A DNA stretch of 64,000 nucleotides from Myxococcota bacterium. Lineage in GTDB: Bacteria; Myxococcota_A; UBA9160; SZUA-336. This document shows positions 1 through 10,413 of the stretch, one piece after another. The DNA is taken from assembly GCA_965247115.1 (NCBI GenBank), contig CBDFGR010000003.1, forward strand, positions 288,001 through 352,000, written 5' to 3'. Every line of letters starts with the position of its first letter. Positions within the stretch are counted from its first letter, which is position 1. A program made the translations under genes and the position numbers. The notes below the pieces were generated by a model. That model had not been told where the DNA came from. It worked only from the letters and a program-made list of their open reading frames with translations, and made no database searches.

Positions 1-2
1 AG

Positions 3-2195
3 GCTCGACTGCCGGCAGGAGCGCCGAACGTTGTAGTCGTCGTCCTGGACGACACGGGCTTCTCGCACTTCGGCTGCTACGGATCGACGATCGAGACCCC
101 GAACGTGGATCGGCTAGCGGGCGACGGTCTGCGCTACACCAGCTTCCACACCACGGCCCTGTGTTCGCCGACGCGTGCCTGCCTGCTCACGGGCCGCAAC
201 CACCACGCAGTTGGGATGCGTGCCATCTCGAACATGGACACGGGCTTCCCGAACATGCGCGGCGCCCTACCCCGGTCGGCCGGAACGCTCGCGGAGATCC
301 TGCGCGAACAGGGCTACGCCACGTTCGCGACCGGTAAGTGGCACCTCGCGCCAATGGCGGAGTGCACGGCCGCCGGACCGTTCCACAACTGGCCGCTCCA
401 GCGCGGCTTCGACCACTACTACGGCTTCCTGCAGGGCGAGACCGATCAGTTCCACCCGGAGCTGACGCGCGACAACCACTTCGTGGACCCTCCTGGCGCG
501 GCCGAGGACGGCTACCACTTGTCGGAGGACATCGTCGATCGCACCATCGGCTACATCCGCGACCAGGTCTCGCTGGTGCCGGAGCGACCGTTCTTCGCGT
601 ACCTGGCATTCGGCGCCACGCACTCGCCACACCAGGCGCCAAAGCCCTTCCTCGAGAAGTACCGGGGTCGCTTCGATCACGGCTGGGACGCGGTGCGCGA
701 CGAGTGGTTCGCGCGCCAGCGCTCGCTCGGCGTGATTCCCGCGGGCACCGAGCTCGCGCCGCGCAACCCGGGCGTGAACGCGTGGAACAAGCTCTCGCCG
801 AACGAGCGCCTGTTTGCCGCGCGCCTGCAGGAGGCCTTCGCCGCGATGCTCGACCACACCGATCAGCAGATCGGCCGGCTGGTGGACTTCCTGCGCTCCA
901 TCGACAGGCTCGACGACACGCTGCTCATCGTCATGTCCGACAACGGCGCAAGCCAGGAGGGTGGCGCGGCCGGCGTGCTCGACGAGATGCGCTGGTTCAA
1001 CGGCATACCCGAGGACGTCGACGCCGCCGTGGCGCGCCTGGACGACATCGGTGGACCGAACAGCCACTCCAACATCCCCTGGGGCTGGGCGCAGGCCGGG
1101 AACACTCCGCTCAAGTGGTACAAGCAGAACACGCACGGCGGCGGAGTGCGCGATCCGCTGGTCATCCACTGGCCCGCGCGACTGGGTCGACCCGGCGCGT
1201 TTCGGCGCCAGTTCTGCCACGCAATCGACCTGGTCCCTACACTTCTGGAGCTGCTGCAGATCGAAGCGCCCGAGGTCGTTGCCGGGGTTCCGCAGCTGCC
1301 CATCCACGGCGCGAGTCTGGTTCCCACGCTGCATGACGAGAACGCGCCGCCGCGGCGCGGCGTGCAGTACTTCGAGATGCTCGGCCACCGCGGAATCTGG
1401 TCTGCTGGCTGGAAGGCCGTGACGCACCATCAGCCTCGCAGTCCGCTCGACGATGACCGCTGGGAGCTCTACCACCTGGACGAGGACTTCTCCGAATGCC
1501 GGGACCTGGCGGAGGCCGAGCCGGAGCGGCTCAAGGAGATGGTCGACCTGTGGTGGCGTGAGGCCGAGCAACACGGCGTGCTGCCAGTCGACGACCGCGG
1601 CGCCGGCTTGCTCTTCCGCGCTGCGCGCCGGCCCGGACTGCCGACTTCGCGCAGCCGCTTTGTCTACCACCCACCCGTGTCTCACATCGTGGCCGACGCC
1701 TGCCCGTCGGCAGCGCGAGGCTGGACCATGACGGTGGACCTGGAGCACCCAGCCGGCCGCGCGGACGGAGCTCTGGTGGCCCGAGGCAGCATCAACAGCG
1801 GCTTCGCGCTGTACCTGAAGCAGGGCTACGTGCGCTTCGACTACAACGAGTTCCACTCTCATACCCTCGTGAGCAGTGAAGCGGAGCTACTCGCCGGTCG
1901 TCACCATGTGGAAGTTCGGATCGAGCGCGACGGAGACGACAGCGGAAACGTGACGCTGTCCATCGACGGCCGGGTCTGCGGCCAGGGACGCATCCCTCGG
2001 CTGCTCAGGTTGCTCTCGAGCACCGGCATGGACCTGGGTCGAAGCCTCGCCCCCGTGACCGAGGACTACGAGGCGCCGTTCGAGTACCCCGGCCGCATCC
2101 ATACCGTGACCTTCGAGATTCCAGAGCGCCGCGGAGAGCCCGACGCGAGAGCCGACGCCGAGGCCCAGGGCCGCGCTGCCATGACCCGACAGTAA
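3..2195 (+). CDS. Arylsulfatase (5'-truncated by window edge)
   Basis: Frame is open from base 3 (APNVVVVVLDDTGFSHFGCYG). It has the formylglycine motif CSPTR, GKWH and SDNG, and a LamG-like C-terminal extension. Confidence 0.93.
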   Translation, partial: ARLPAGAPNVVVVVLDDTGFSHFGCYGSTIETPNVDRLAGDGLRYTSFHTTALCSPTRACLLTGRNHHAVGMRAISNMDTGFPNMRGALPRSAGTLAEILREQGYATFATGKWHLAPMAECTAAGPFHNWPLQRGFDHYYGFLQGETDQFHPELTRDNHFVDPPGAAEDGYHLSEDIVDRTIGYIRDQVSLVPERPFFAYLAFGATHSPHQAPKPFLEKYRGRFDHGWDAVRDEWFARQRSLGVIPAGTELAPRNPGVNAWNKLSPNERLFAARLQEAFAAMLDHTDQQIGRLVDFLRSIDRLDDTLLIVMSDNGASQEGGAAGVLDEMRWFNGIPEDVDAAVARLDDIGGPNSHSNIPWGWAQAGNTPLKWYKQNTHGGGVRDPLVIHWPARLGRPGAFRRQFCHAIDLVPTLLELLQIEAPEVVAGVPQLPIHGASLVPTLHDENAPPRRGVQYFEMLGHRGIWSAGWKAVTHHQPRSPLDDDRWELYHLDEDFSECRDLAEAEPERLKEMVDLWWREAEQHGVLPVDDRGAGLLFRAARRPGLPTSRSRFVYHPPVSHIVADACPSAARGWTMTVDLEHPAGRADGALVARGSINSGFALYLKQGYVRFDYNEFHSHTLVSSEAELLAGRHHVEVRIERDGDDSGNVTLSIDGRVCGQGRIPRLLRLLSSTGMDLGRSLAPVTEDYEAPFEYPGRIHTVTFEIPERRGEPDARADAEAQGRAAMTRQ

Positions 2196-2220
2196 TCACT
2201 CCGGCCCTGCCGGGCTCTGA

Positions 2221-2254
2221 AAAGTTCGGATCGAGGACCGTCCCCAAGTTCGGT
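2221..2254 (+). repeat. 34-bp intergenic REP-like element, copy 1
   Basis: aaagttcggatcgaggaccgtccccaagttcggt matches the reverse complement of 10380-10413 at 32/34 positions. Confidence 0.7.
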
Positions 2255-2262
2255 GGTTGAGA

Positions 2263-3507
2263 TCAGGCGGGGCGGAGTTTGTAGCGGATCGGGAGGTGTT
2301 TGATACCGCCGATCTGGTTGTTGCGGAGGCGTTCGGGGGGGCCGGCCAGCTCGATCGTGTCGAGGCGCGGGAGCAGGTACTGGTAGGCCACCTGCAGCTC
2401 CAGGCGGGCGAGGTGCGCGCCAAGGCAGAAGTGCTCGCCAATGCCGAAGGCCAGGTGGCGATTCGGTTGGCGATCGATCCGGAAGGTGAATGGATCCTCG
2501 AAGACCTCCTCGTCGCGGTTGGCGGACGGGTAGAACAAGACGAGCGCGTCACCGGCGGCAATCGTCTTGTCGCGCAGCGGGTATTCCTTCTGAGCCGTGC
2601 GGGCCATGTGGACGACCGGGTTCGTCCAGCGTAGAACCTCCTCGACCGCTGGCTTGAGCAGGCTCGGATCACGCTGCAAGCGCCGCAGCTCGCCAGGATT
2701 CTCGGCGAAGGCAGCGATCCCGCCGGTCGTGGCGTTGCGCGTGGTCTCGTTGCCGGCAAGGACGATCAGGAAGCACCAGCGGAGCAGCTCGTGCTGGTCG
2801 AGCGGCTCCCCATCTACCTCGGCCTGGGTCAGGACGCTGATGATGTCGTCTTGCGGGCTCTTGCGTTTGTCCTCTAGCAGGGCCGAGAAGTAGTCGACGA
2901 TCTCACGCTGCGCCGCGAGCGCGGTCTCCCTGCCGCTCTTCCCTTCGTCGCGGTACTCCGGATCGCCGCCACCAATCGTGCGATTTGTCCAGTGAAAGAG
3001 CAGCTTCCAGTCAGAGCGCGGAACGCCGAGCATCCAGGCGATCACGGCAATCGGGAGCGGCGCGGAGACATGCTCCACAAAGTCGCACTCCCCGCTCTCA
3101 CCGCGCTCGAGCAACGCATCCACGATCTCCTTCCCGATCCTGTGGATGTCCGGGTGGAATCGCTTGAGCGCGTTCGGTGTGAAGCGCTTGTTCACCAGCT
3201 TTCTCCAGATTCCGTGCTTTGGCGGGTCCTGGTCGATCAGCGTCACGGACAGAACGTCAGGATCCTCGTCCTCCGGTCGGTGCCGCATTCCGAACCGAGG
3301 CGTGTTGGTGAAGAGGTCCGGCTGCTTGGAGAGCTCGACGATGTCCGCGTGCTTGGTGATCGCCCAGAACGGAAGCCCACGCGTGCGGTCCCACCAGTGC
3401 ACCGGGTCGTTCTCGCGCATCCACGTCCAGGCCTCGTGCGGGTAGCCCCGGGCGAAGTCGTCGGGGTCGATGATGCTGTCGGCGTACGGAATCACTGGCG
3501 CCGTCAT
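2263..3507 (-). CDS. Cytochrome P450
   Basis: I-helix AGNETT, ExxR motif (EVLR) and heme motif FGIGEHFCLG. Confidence 0.96.
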   Translation of the reverse strand: MTAPVIPYADSIIDPDDFARGYPHEAWTWMRENDPVHWWDRTRGLPFWAITKHADIVELSKQPDLFTNTPRFGMRHRPEDEDPDVLSVTLIDQDPPKHGIWRKLVNKRFTPNALKRFHPDIHRIGKEIVDALLERGESGECDFVEHVSAPLPIAVIAWMLGVPRSDWKLLFHWTNRTIGGGDPEYRDEGKSGRETALAAQREIVDYFSALLEDKRKSPQDDIISVLTQAEVDGEPLDQHELLRWCFLIVLAGNETTRNATTGGIAAFAENPGELRRLQRDPSLLKPAVEEVLRWTNPVVHMARTAQKEYPLRDKTIAAGDALVLFYPSANRDEEVFEDPFTFRIDRQPNRHLAFGIGEHFCLGAHLARLELQVAYQYLLPRLDTIELAGPPERLRNNQIGGIKHLPIRYKLRPA

Positions 3508-3525
3508 GAGCTGACCCTCCTGTGG

Positions 3526-4476
3526 CTATGGTACGTCGACGATGTCGCCTTTGGGGCCCTCGTGGTGGGGATGGCGCTCGTGGGGCGCCTGGACCGGGTC
3601 TCCGGAGACAGGCACGGTCCTGGCGAGGAAGTCGATCACCGCACCGGAGAAGATATCGTTGCGATCGCCCGCCACCATGTGGGCCGCATCGGTCACGTTC
3701 ACGTACTCGCTGTGAGGACACAGCTCCTGGAAGCTCTTTGCCCCCTCCTCGGAGAGGATGTCAGATAGGCCGCCGCGGACGAGCAGCGTTGGCAGGGTCA
3801 GGTTGCGAGCGCAGGCTTCCAGGTGATCCTGTCGCTTGTGAAGCCTGCGCTTGCCGTCGAGGAAAGCCGGGTCCCAGTGCCAGCGGTAGCGGCCGTCCGC
3901 TCCGAGCCGGACGTTCTTGGCCAGACCGTCGGTGCTGCGCGGCCGCGGCCGGTGGGGTTGATAGCTCGCGATCGCATCCGCGACCTCGTCGAGCGATGCG
4001 AAGCCCTCGGGTCGCTGACGCATGAAGTGCATGATCCGGTCCGCACCGGCCTGCTCGATCCTCGGTGCGATGTCGACCAGCACGAGCGCCGTCGCATCGA
4101 CGCGGTCCTCCCCGAGCGCGTGCAAGCTCACGCCACCTCCCATGGAGGCGCCGACCAGCACGGGACGCGTCCCGCCAAACGCACGGATGACGTGGTCGAG
4201 GTCCCGGACCATGGCCTCCTGGCCGTAGTCGCCGTCTGCAACCCAGCCGGAGTCTCCGTGTCCCCTCGCGTCGAACGCTACCGCGTGATACCCGGCCTTA
4301 CCCAGGATCTGGCCCGTGCCCTTCCAGGCGTGACGGGTCTGCCCACCTCCGTGCTGGAGCAGCACGAGTGGACCCGCGGGATCCCCCCACGCGTCCCCCG
4401 CGATCGTGACGCCGTCGGACCCCGGCCACTGGTGCATCGGATCCGGCGTGCCGGGCAGTCGCTCGCCGGCACTCAT
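3526..4476 (-). CDS. Alpha/beta hydrolase
   Basis: HGGGQ oxyanion motif, nucleophile elbow GASMGG and catalytic His (AAHMV). The ATG overlaps the upstream stop. Confidence 0.9.
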   Translation of the reverse strand: MSAGERLPGTPDPMHQWPGSDGVTIAGDAWGDPAGPLVLLQHGGGQTRHAWKGTGQILGKAGYHAVAFDARGHGDSGWVADGDYGQEAMVRDLDHVIRAFGGTRPVLVGASMGGGVSLHALGEDRVDATALVLVDIAPRIEQAGADRIMHFMRQRPEGFASLDEVADAIASYQPHRPRPRSTDGLAKNVRLGADGRYRWHWDPAFLDGKRRLHKRQDHLEACARNLTLPTLLVRGGLSDILSEEGAKSFQELCPHSEYVNVTDAAHMVAGDRNDIFSGAVIDFLARTVPVSGDPVQAPHERHPHHEGPKGDIVDVP

Positions 4477-6395
4477 GACTGACGCGGCTCCGTGATGAAC
4501 TCGGAGAGATCGGCGGGGCTCGTCATGTGGAAGAGGTCGACGTTGCGGAACGGGAAGTTCACCACGACCCTTCCGCGCGCGTTCCGGTAGTAGGTCTCCA
4601 TTCCCTTGTGGGTCCAGACCATGTTCTCGTGGGCGCGGTCGACTCGCTCGTTGTACGCATCGTGAACGTCGGTGCGACACTCGACGGCACCGATCCCCTG
4701 GCTGAGCATCTTCGCGAGAACGTTCATGATGTACCGCATCTGCATCTCGATCACGAAGATCAGGCTGCCGCCGTGGCCGGGTTGCGTGTTGGGGCCGTAC
4801 AGACAGAAGAAGTTCGGGAAGTCGGGAATCGCAAGGCCCAGGTAGGCCCGGGCGTCATCGTCGTCCCAGACCTCGCGAAGGCTGCGACCCGAGCGACCGT
4901 GGGCCTCGAACGCAGTGAGGAAGCGCAGGACGTCGAAGCCGGTCGCCAGGACGAGTACGTCCGCCGGGTGCTCAGACCCGTCCTGCGTGATCACCCGGTC
5001 CGGTCCGATCTCGGAAACCGGGTCGGTGACCAGCTCCACACGGGGATTCCTCAGCATCCGGTACCAGCCGTTGTCCAGCAGCATCCGCTTGCCGAAGGGG
5101 GGATAGCTGGGAACCACCACGTCTATGAGCTCCGTCCTGTCGCCGAGCTCGGACTCGATGTACTGGGTGAAGTACGCCCGGTGCGCATCGTTGAGCGCGT
5201 TCAGCGAGCGGTCGGGGTGGTGCCAGGACGGGTCCTTCTGCAGCGCGGGATGAATCCGGTCGTTGAAGGTCCAGCCCAGACGCATGCGGTACCAAGCCTG
5301 GTAGAGCGGAACCTCTCGGAGCAGGAACTGGACGGCTTCCGGGACCACCCTGCGGAACTGCTCGAAGGGCGCCGCCCAGTGCACCGAGCGCTGGAAGATC
5401 GTGAGCGATGCCACCGTGTCCTGGATCTCGGGACCCACCTGCATGGCACTCGCACCGTTGCCGATGATCGCCACGTGCTTCCCCTCGAGGTCGAGGTCGG
5501 CGGGCCACTCCGCGGTGTGGAAGGATGGACCCTCGAAGCGCTCGAGCCCGTCGATGGCGGGGAGCACGATCGGGTTGAAGATCCCCGTGGCGCTGATCAA
5601 GACGTTTGCGCGCTGTGTCTCGCGGGAGCCGTCGGGGTTGCGTACGACGACGGCCCAGCGCTGCGCCTCTTCCTCGTAGGCCGCCGACTCGACCTCGGTC
5701 TCGAAGCTGATGCTCGATCGCAGGGCGAATCGGTCGACGACATGCTCCAGATAGGCGTGAAGCTCGTCTCGCAGCGCAAAGTACTTGGTCCAGTCGTAGC
5801 TGGCGAACGAGAACGAGTAGAGGTGGTTCGGGGTGTCGACGCCGGCGCCAGGATAGCGGTTGTCGCGCCACGTCCCCCCCACCGTCGTACTCTTCTCGAG
5901 AATGCGGAACGGAATGCCGGCACGCTGAAGGTTCACGGCTGCGCACAGCCCTGACACGCCGGCACCGATGATGAGGACCTGGAACCCGTCCGGCACGGCG
6001 ACCCTCTGGACGGATTCCAGCCAATCGGAGCCGAGCTGCGCCGCGACCATCGGGGCGTACTCCGAGGGGATCTTCTCTCCCATCGCGCAGCTCAGCATCT
6101 TCAGGCGGAGCTCCGCCGACGGCTCGGGAATCGCCACGGGACAGCCCGCGCGCCAGGCGAGGATTGCCTCGAGGGCCGCCTTGCGAATCTCGGCCTGGAC
6201 CGGCTCGGGAAGCCCTCCGGTGTCGTTGTCCCCCACGCCCCGGGTCCGCAAAGGCTGGTACGGCTCCTCCAACCAGTGCAGGTCCCCCGTCAGCTGAACG
6301 AGCACCATCAGCAGTGTCGGGAGGTTCCCAATGGCGACAGCCTCGGCAAGCAGCTCGTCGTCCGGTCGGCTCTCGGGTTTCCTCTGCTCTGCCAC
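4473..6395 (-). CDS. Flavin-containing Baeyer-Villiger-type monooxygenase (4-hydroxyacetophenone monooxygenase-like)
   Basis: GAGVSG, GGTWRDNRYPG, FxGxxxHxxxW (FEGPSFHTAEW), GNGASA and ATGF motifs, with a long N-terminal extension. Confidence 0.9.
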   Translation of the reverse strand: MAEQRKPESRPDDELLAEAVAIGNLPTLLMVLVQLTGDLHWLEEPYQPLRTRGVGDNDTGGLPEPVQAEIRKAALEAILAWRAGCPVAIPEPSAELRLKMLSCAMGEKIPSEYAPMVAAQLGSDWLESVQRVAVPDGFQVLIIGAGVSGLCAAVNLQRAGIPFRILEKSTTVGGTWRDNRYPGAGVDTPNHLYSFSFASYDWTKYFALRDELHAYLEHVVDRFALRSSISFETEVESAAYEEEAQRWAVVVRNPDGSRETQRANVLISATGIFNPIVLPAIDGLERFEGPSFHTAEWPADLDLEGKHVAIIGNGASAMQVGPEIQDTVASLTIFQRSVHWAAPFEQFRRVVPEAVQFLLREVPLYQAWYRMRLGWTFNDRIHPALQKDPSWHHPDRSLNALNDAHRAYFTQYIESELGDRTELIDVVVPSYPPFGKRMLLDNGWYRMLRNPRVELVTDPVSEIGPDRVITQDGSEHPADVLVLATGFDVLRFLTAFEAHGRSGRSLREVWDDDDARAYLGLAIPDFPNFFCLYGPNTQPGHGGSLIFVIEMQMRYIMNVLAKMLSQGIGAVECRTDVHDAYNERVDRAHENMVWTHKGMETYYRNARGRVVVNFPFRNVDLFHMTSPADLSEFITEPRQS

Positions 6396-6507
6396 CCCAG
6401 TCCCTCCCTCTGTTCGGGCCCGTTGCACCCAGCCTAGGCAATGCCGGGTGTCGGATACAAGTTGGTGCCAGGCTCCTGACGCAGGCGTTTCCGTCTACAA
6501 TGGCGCC

Positions 6508-7272
6508 ATGGATCTCGCGGCACTTGTCGAACGCCTGTCCGAAGCCCGGCAGACGGGCGACCACGCCCCCGACTGGCTCAACGGAGCGCTGACCCTCGAG
6601 CAGGCACTGGACGTGCAGCTCGGGCTGCTCGAGCGCAAGCTGGCGGAGGGTGATTCGCTCGCGGGCTGGAAGGTCGGGCTCACCTCGGAGCGCGCGCGCA
6701 CGGCGCTGGGTGTGGACGAGCGTCCCTTCGGGTACGTGCTCACCAGTCGGGTGCAGAAGAGCGGCGCGCGCTTGCGGATTGCCGAGATCGCGCGTCCCGC
6801 GATCGAGGCCGAGATGTGCTTCACGATCGGGCGCCGCATCCAGGGCGACCACGTCAGTCGTGACGAGATCGCGGGCTCGGTGGCTCGCGTCGCCGCCGGG
6901 TACGAGCTCAACGAGCGCCGGCCCGGCTCGGCACGTCCGGACTTCTGCGCGATGGTCACGGACTGCCTTTCCCAGTGGGGGATCGTCGAGGGCGAGGGCC
7001 TCGAGCTTGCAGACGCCGGGGACCTGGGCGCTGTGCGCTGTACGCTGACGCGCAACGGCGAGCAGGTCTACACGGGCCTGAGTCGGGACGAGCTCGATGA
7101 CCACCTGAATTCGCTCTCCCGGCTGGCGGCGGTGCTCTCCGAGCACGGCCGCGCCCTCGAGCCCGGACAAAAGGTGATCACGGGTGCCTTTGCTCGCTTT
7201 GAAACAGGGCCGGGCCAGCACTGGCGAGCCGACTACGAGGGGATCGGCCGCGTGGAGGTCACGTTCGAGTGA
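6508..7272 (+). CDS. 2-keto-4-pentenoate hydratase-like protein (FAH superfamily)
   Basis: GWKVGLTS, IEAE and GQKVITG motifs. Confidence 0.85.
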   Translation: MDLAALVERLSEARQTGDHAPDWLNGALTLEQALDVQLGLLERKLAEGDSLAGWKVGLTSERARTALGVDERPFGYVLTSRVQKSGARLRIAEIARPAIEAEMCFTIGRRIQGDHVSRDEIAGSVARVAAGYELNERRPGSARPDFCAMVTDCLSQWGIVEGEGLELADAGDLGAVRCTLTRNGEQVYTGLSRDELDDHLNSLSRLAAVLSEHGRALEPGQKVITGAFARFETGPGQHWRADYEGIGRVEVTFE

Positions 7273-8264
7273 GCGAGCTGCAGATCGACGGACCCGTCAC
7301 CATCCAGGTCATCCTCGGGCTCACACTGCCAGAGATCAGCGACAGGGATCTCGCGCGGATCCGCGCCGTGGCGCCTGCGGGCTCCAGCGTTTGCGTGGAA
7401 CGCGGCATCCGTGCGGCGATCGCCAGCGCCGAGGACGTGGAGATCATCCTTGGCTTCATTCCGGAGGCGCTGTTCAATGCGGCGCCGCGACTGCGCTGGG
7501 TCCACGCGATTGCGTCGGGAATGGACATGTTCCTGTATCCCGCCATGCGCGATTCGGAGGTCGTGCTGAGCGGCGAGAAGGGGCTCGTCGGCGGTCACCT
7601 GGCAGACACCGGATTCGGGCTGCTGCTCGCGCTCACGCGCCAGATCGCCACCGCGATGCGACTCGGACCCGAAGGCTGGAACCAGCGCGAGGCGATGCGC
7701 AAGCTCGAGATCGAGCTCGAGGGCTTGACCATGGGCGTGATCGGCTTCGGCGGTACGGGCCGCGCCCTCGCGCGCCGTGCGGTCGCCTTTGGCATGGACG
7801 TGCTCGCGGTCGACGTTCGGGCCGTGCCCGCGTCGGACGGGGTCGACGAGGTGTGGACCATGGAGCGCCTGCCCGAGCTGCTCGCCGCATCCGACGTCGT
7901 CGCGATCGGCGCTCCGCTCACGCCCGAGACCCGCGGCCTGATCGACGACAAGGCCTTCTCCACCTTCAAGCGCGGGGCGCTGCTCTTGAACGTGACGCGC
8001 GGGGAGATCATCGACGGCGACGCGCTGGTAAGCGCGCTGCGCGACGGTCGCTGCGGGGGTGCCGCCCTCGATGTCGCGCCGATCGAGCCCCTGCCGCCCG
8101 AACATCCACTCTGGAGCTTCGACAACGTGGCGATGACCCCGCACACGGCCGGCGCGAGCCAGCTGCGCGCGCCGCGCAACATCGATCGTTTCTGCGAGAA
8201 CCTGGAGCGCGCGCAGAAGGGCGCGCCGCTCGTCGGAGTCGTTGACAAGCAGCTCGGCTACTAG
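7269..8264 (+). CDS. D-2-hydroxyacid dehydrogenase
   Basis: GFGGTG, NVTRGEIID, ALDV and TPHTAG motifs. Confidence 0.92.
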   Translation: MSELQIDGPVTIQVILGLTLPEISDRDLARIRAVAPAGSSVCVERGIRAAIASAEDVEIILGFIPEALFNAAPRLRWVHAIASGMDMFLYPAMRDSEVVLSGEKGLVGGHLADTGFGLLLALTRQIATAMRLGPEGWNQREAMRKLEIELEGLTMGVIGFGGTGRALARRAVAFGMDVLAVDVRAVPASDGVDEVWTMERLPELLAASDVVAIGAPLTPETRGLIDDKAFSTFKRGALLLNVTRGEIIDGDALVSALRDGRCGGAALDVAPIEPLPPEHPLWSFDNVAMTPHTAGASQLRAPRNIDRFCENLERAQKGAPLVGVVDKQLGY

Positions 8265-8281
8265 ACAGAGGGAGAGGGCCC

Positions 8282-9427
8282 ATGAGGTACTACTCGTGCG
8301 ATTCCCACCTGGTCGAGGCACGCGAGGTCTTCGAAGGCCTGGAGGGTCGCTTCGGTGACCGTGCGCCGCGCATCATCCGTGACCACGAGGGCAAGCCGGG
8401 AGATTGGCTGCTCCTGCCCGGCGGACTGTCCATACCGGTCGGTCGCCTCGGGATCGCCGGTCACCGGCTCGACGACCCGGCAACAGACGAGCTGATCGCG
8501 CGCGGCTACGACGGCTTGAACCCCGGCGTGCTCGATCCCGCGAAGCGACTCGACGAGCAGGCGCGCGACGGCGTGTGCGGGGAGGTCATGTACCCGAGCC
8601 TGAACATGTTCACCTACGCGCTTCCCGACAGGGATGTCGCGCGGACGGTGTTCGAACGGCACAACGACTGGGTGGTCGATTACTGCGCGGTGGCTCCCGA
8701 GCGACTGATCGGCATCGGCTGCCTGCCGATTCCCGAGGTCGACGCGGCGAAGCGGGAGATGGAGCGCTCCGCCCGGCGCGGGGTGCGCGGCTTCATGATT
8801 CCGACCCACGTCTCGCCCGACCTGCCCTACTGCCACGCGGACTACGATCCCTTCTGGGCCGCCGCGCAGGACATGAACCTGCCGCTCACCATGCACATCT
8901 TCGTCGGCACGTCGCTCGACGGCGGCATGCCGGCCCACTGGGGCACAACACCCGGGAGTACGATCAAGGGCTACACGCTCGCGTTCACCACCGCGGTCAA
9001 CACCATGATCGACCTGATCTGCGGAGGCGTGGTCGAGCGCTTCCCGCGGCTGAAGCTCGTGATCTCCGAGTTCGAGATCGGCTGGCTGGCCCACATCCTG
9101 GAGCGCGTGGACCACGCGTTCTACCGCACGCCTCGTCACGCCGTGGACTACCTGACGCTGAAGCCCAGCGAGTACTTCCGCCGCAACTTCACCGCGACCT
9201 TCGAGGACGACGAGATCGGAGTGCGCACGCGCGACAAGATCGGTGTTGGCAACCTGGTCTGGGGGAACGACTACCCCCACCACGACGCAATCTGGCCCAA
9301 CTCCATGCCGACGCTCGAACGCGTGATGGCAGGCGTCCCCGACGACGAGATCGAGCAGATGTGCTTCACGACCGCCACGCAGATGTACGGCGTGGACGTG
9401 AGCAAGCTGCCCGCAGCGACAGCCTAG
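8282..9427 (+). CDS. Amidohydrolase_2 family protein
   Basis: CDSH, HNDW, MHI and WGNDYPH metal-binding motifs. Confidence 0.9.
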   Translation: MRYYSCDSHLVEAREVFEGLEGRFGDRAPRIIRDHEGKPGDWLLLPGGLSIPVGRLGIAGHRLDDPATDELIARGYDGLNPGVLDPAKRLDEQARDGVCGEVMYPSLNMFTYALPDRDVARTVFERHNDWVVDYCAVAPERLIGIGCLPIPEVDAAKREMERSARRGVRGFMIPTHVSPDLPYCHADYDPFWAAAQDMNLPLTMHIFVGTSLDGGMPAHWGTTPGSTIKGYTLAFTTAVNTMIDLICGGVVERFPRLKLVISEFEIGWLAHILERVDHAFYRTPRHAVDYLTLKPSEYFRRNFTATFEDDEIGVRTRDKIGVGNLVWGNDYPHHDAIWPNSMPTLERVMAGVPDDEIEQMCFTTATQMYGVDVSKLPAATA

Positions 9428-9460
9428 GTCAGCCCCCACCCCGCAGCGACGACCGAAAAG

Positions 9461-10348
9461 CTAGCGCGCCTGCAGCTCTCCGAGATACCGGGTCGCGAAG
9501 GTCTCGAGCGCCTTGCGCGTGTCGCTCTCGCCGGGGGCGACCAGGACGACCGCGTGATGGACGCCGAGCTCGCGCATGTGGTCCAGTGTCTTCGCAGCGT
9601 CGCCCGGATCCGACGCCGAAAGCGCGGCCACGCGGTTGATCGCGAGCGTCAGCTGCTCCGGATCGCGCCCGGCCGCGGCCGCGTGATCCCGTGCCCGCGC
9701 GAAGTCGTCGCGGAGCGTGTCCAGCATGGGCGGGTTGGCCATCCAGCCATCAGCGCGCTCGCCCACGCGCCGCAGCTGCTGGTCGCTGCGCCCTCCCAGC
9801 CACACGGGAATCGTCCGCGCCGGCTTGGGATTACACGCCCAGTCGACGACGCGATAGAACTCCCCCTCGAAGTCAACGTACTCGCGCGTCCAGCACTGCT
9901 CGAGCAGCTCCAGACACTCGTCCATGCGGCGACCGCGCCGCTCGAACGGCACGGACAGCACCTCGAACTCCTCCTTCCACCAGCCGACCCCCGCACCGAG
10001 GATGAAGCGCCCGCCCGCGAGCTTGTCGATCGAGGCCATGATCTTGGCGTGGAGCACCGGCTGGCGCATGGGAAGCACGAGCACCCCCACCCCGAGCTCG
10101 ACCCGACTCGTAGCCGCAGCCACGAACGCGAGCGTCGTCAGCGGCTCCAGAAAGTCGGCCTCAGGTGGGATGAGGAAGCGTCCATCCGCCGTGTAGGGAT
10201 ACGCAGATGCCTGCTCCTTCTGCAGGACCACGTGATCGAACACCCAGATCGAGTCGAACCCACACTCCTCCACCGCCGTCGCGCACTCGAGCATGTTCTC
10301 CCGAGTTCCCCCTGGCCCAACCTGAGGCAGATACACACCGATCTTCAT
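9461..10348 (-). CDS. LLM-class, probably F420-dependent, oxidoreductase
   Basis: GFDSIWVFDH, GRFILGAGVGW and EFEVL motifs. Confidence 0.88.
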   Translation of the reverse strand: MKIGVYLPQVGPGGTRENMLECATAVEECGFDSIWVFDHVVLQKEQASAYPYTADGRFLIPPEADFLEPLTTLAFVAAATSRVELGVGVLVLPMRQPVLHAKIMASIDKLAGGRFILGAGVGWWKEEFEVLSVPFERRGRRMDECLELLEQCWTREYVDFEGEFYRVVDWACNPKPARTIPVWLGGRSDQQLRRVGERADGWMANPPMLDTLRDDFARARDHAAAAGRDPEQLTLAINRVAALSASDPGDAAKTLDHMRELGVHHAVVLVAPGESDTRKALETFATRYLGELQAR

Positions 10349-10379
10349 CTCCGCTCCTCCCCCCATGATCGCACAGCCA

Positions 10380-10413
10380 ACCGAACTTGGGGACGGTCCT
10401 TAATCCGAACTTT
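10380..10413 (-). repeat. 34-bp intergenic REP-like element, copy 2
   Basis: Inverted-orientation copy of 2221-2254. Confidence 0.7.

Noticed and set aside
4972..7221. 749-aa minus-strand ORF
   Set aside because: It is an alternative frame or antisense of the BVMO and hydratase genes, Arg/Pro-rich with no motifs.
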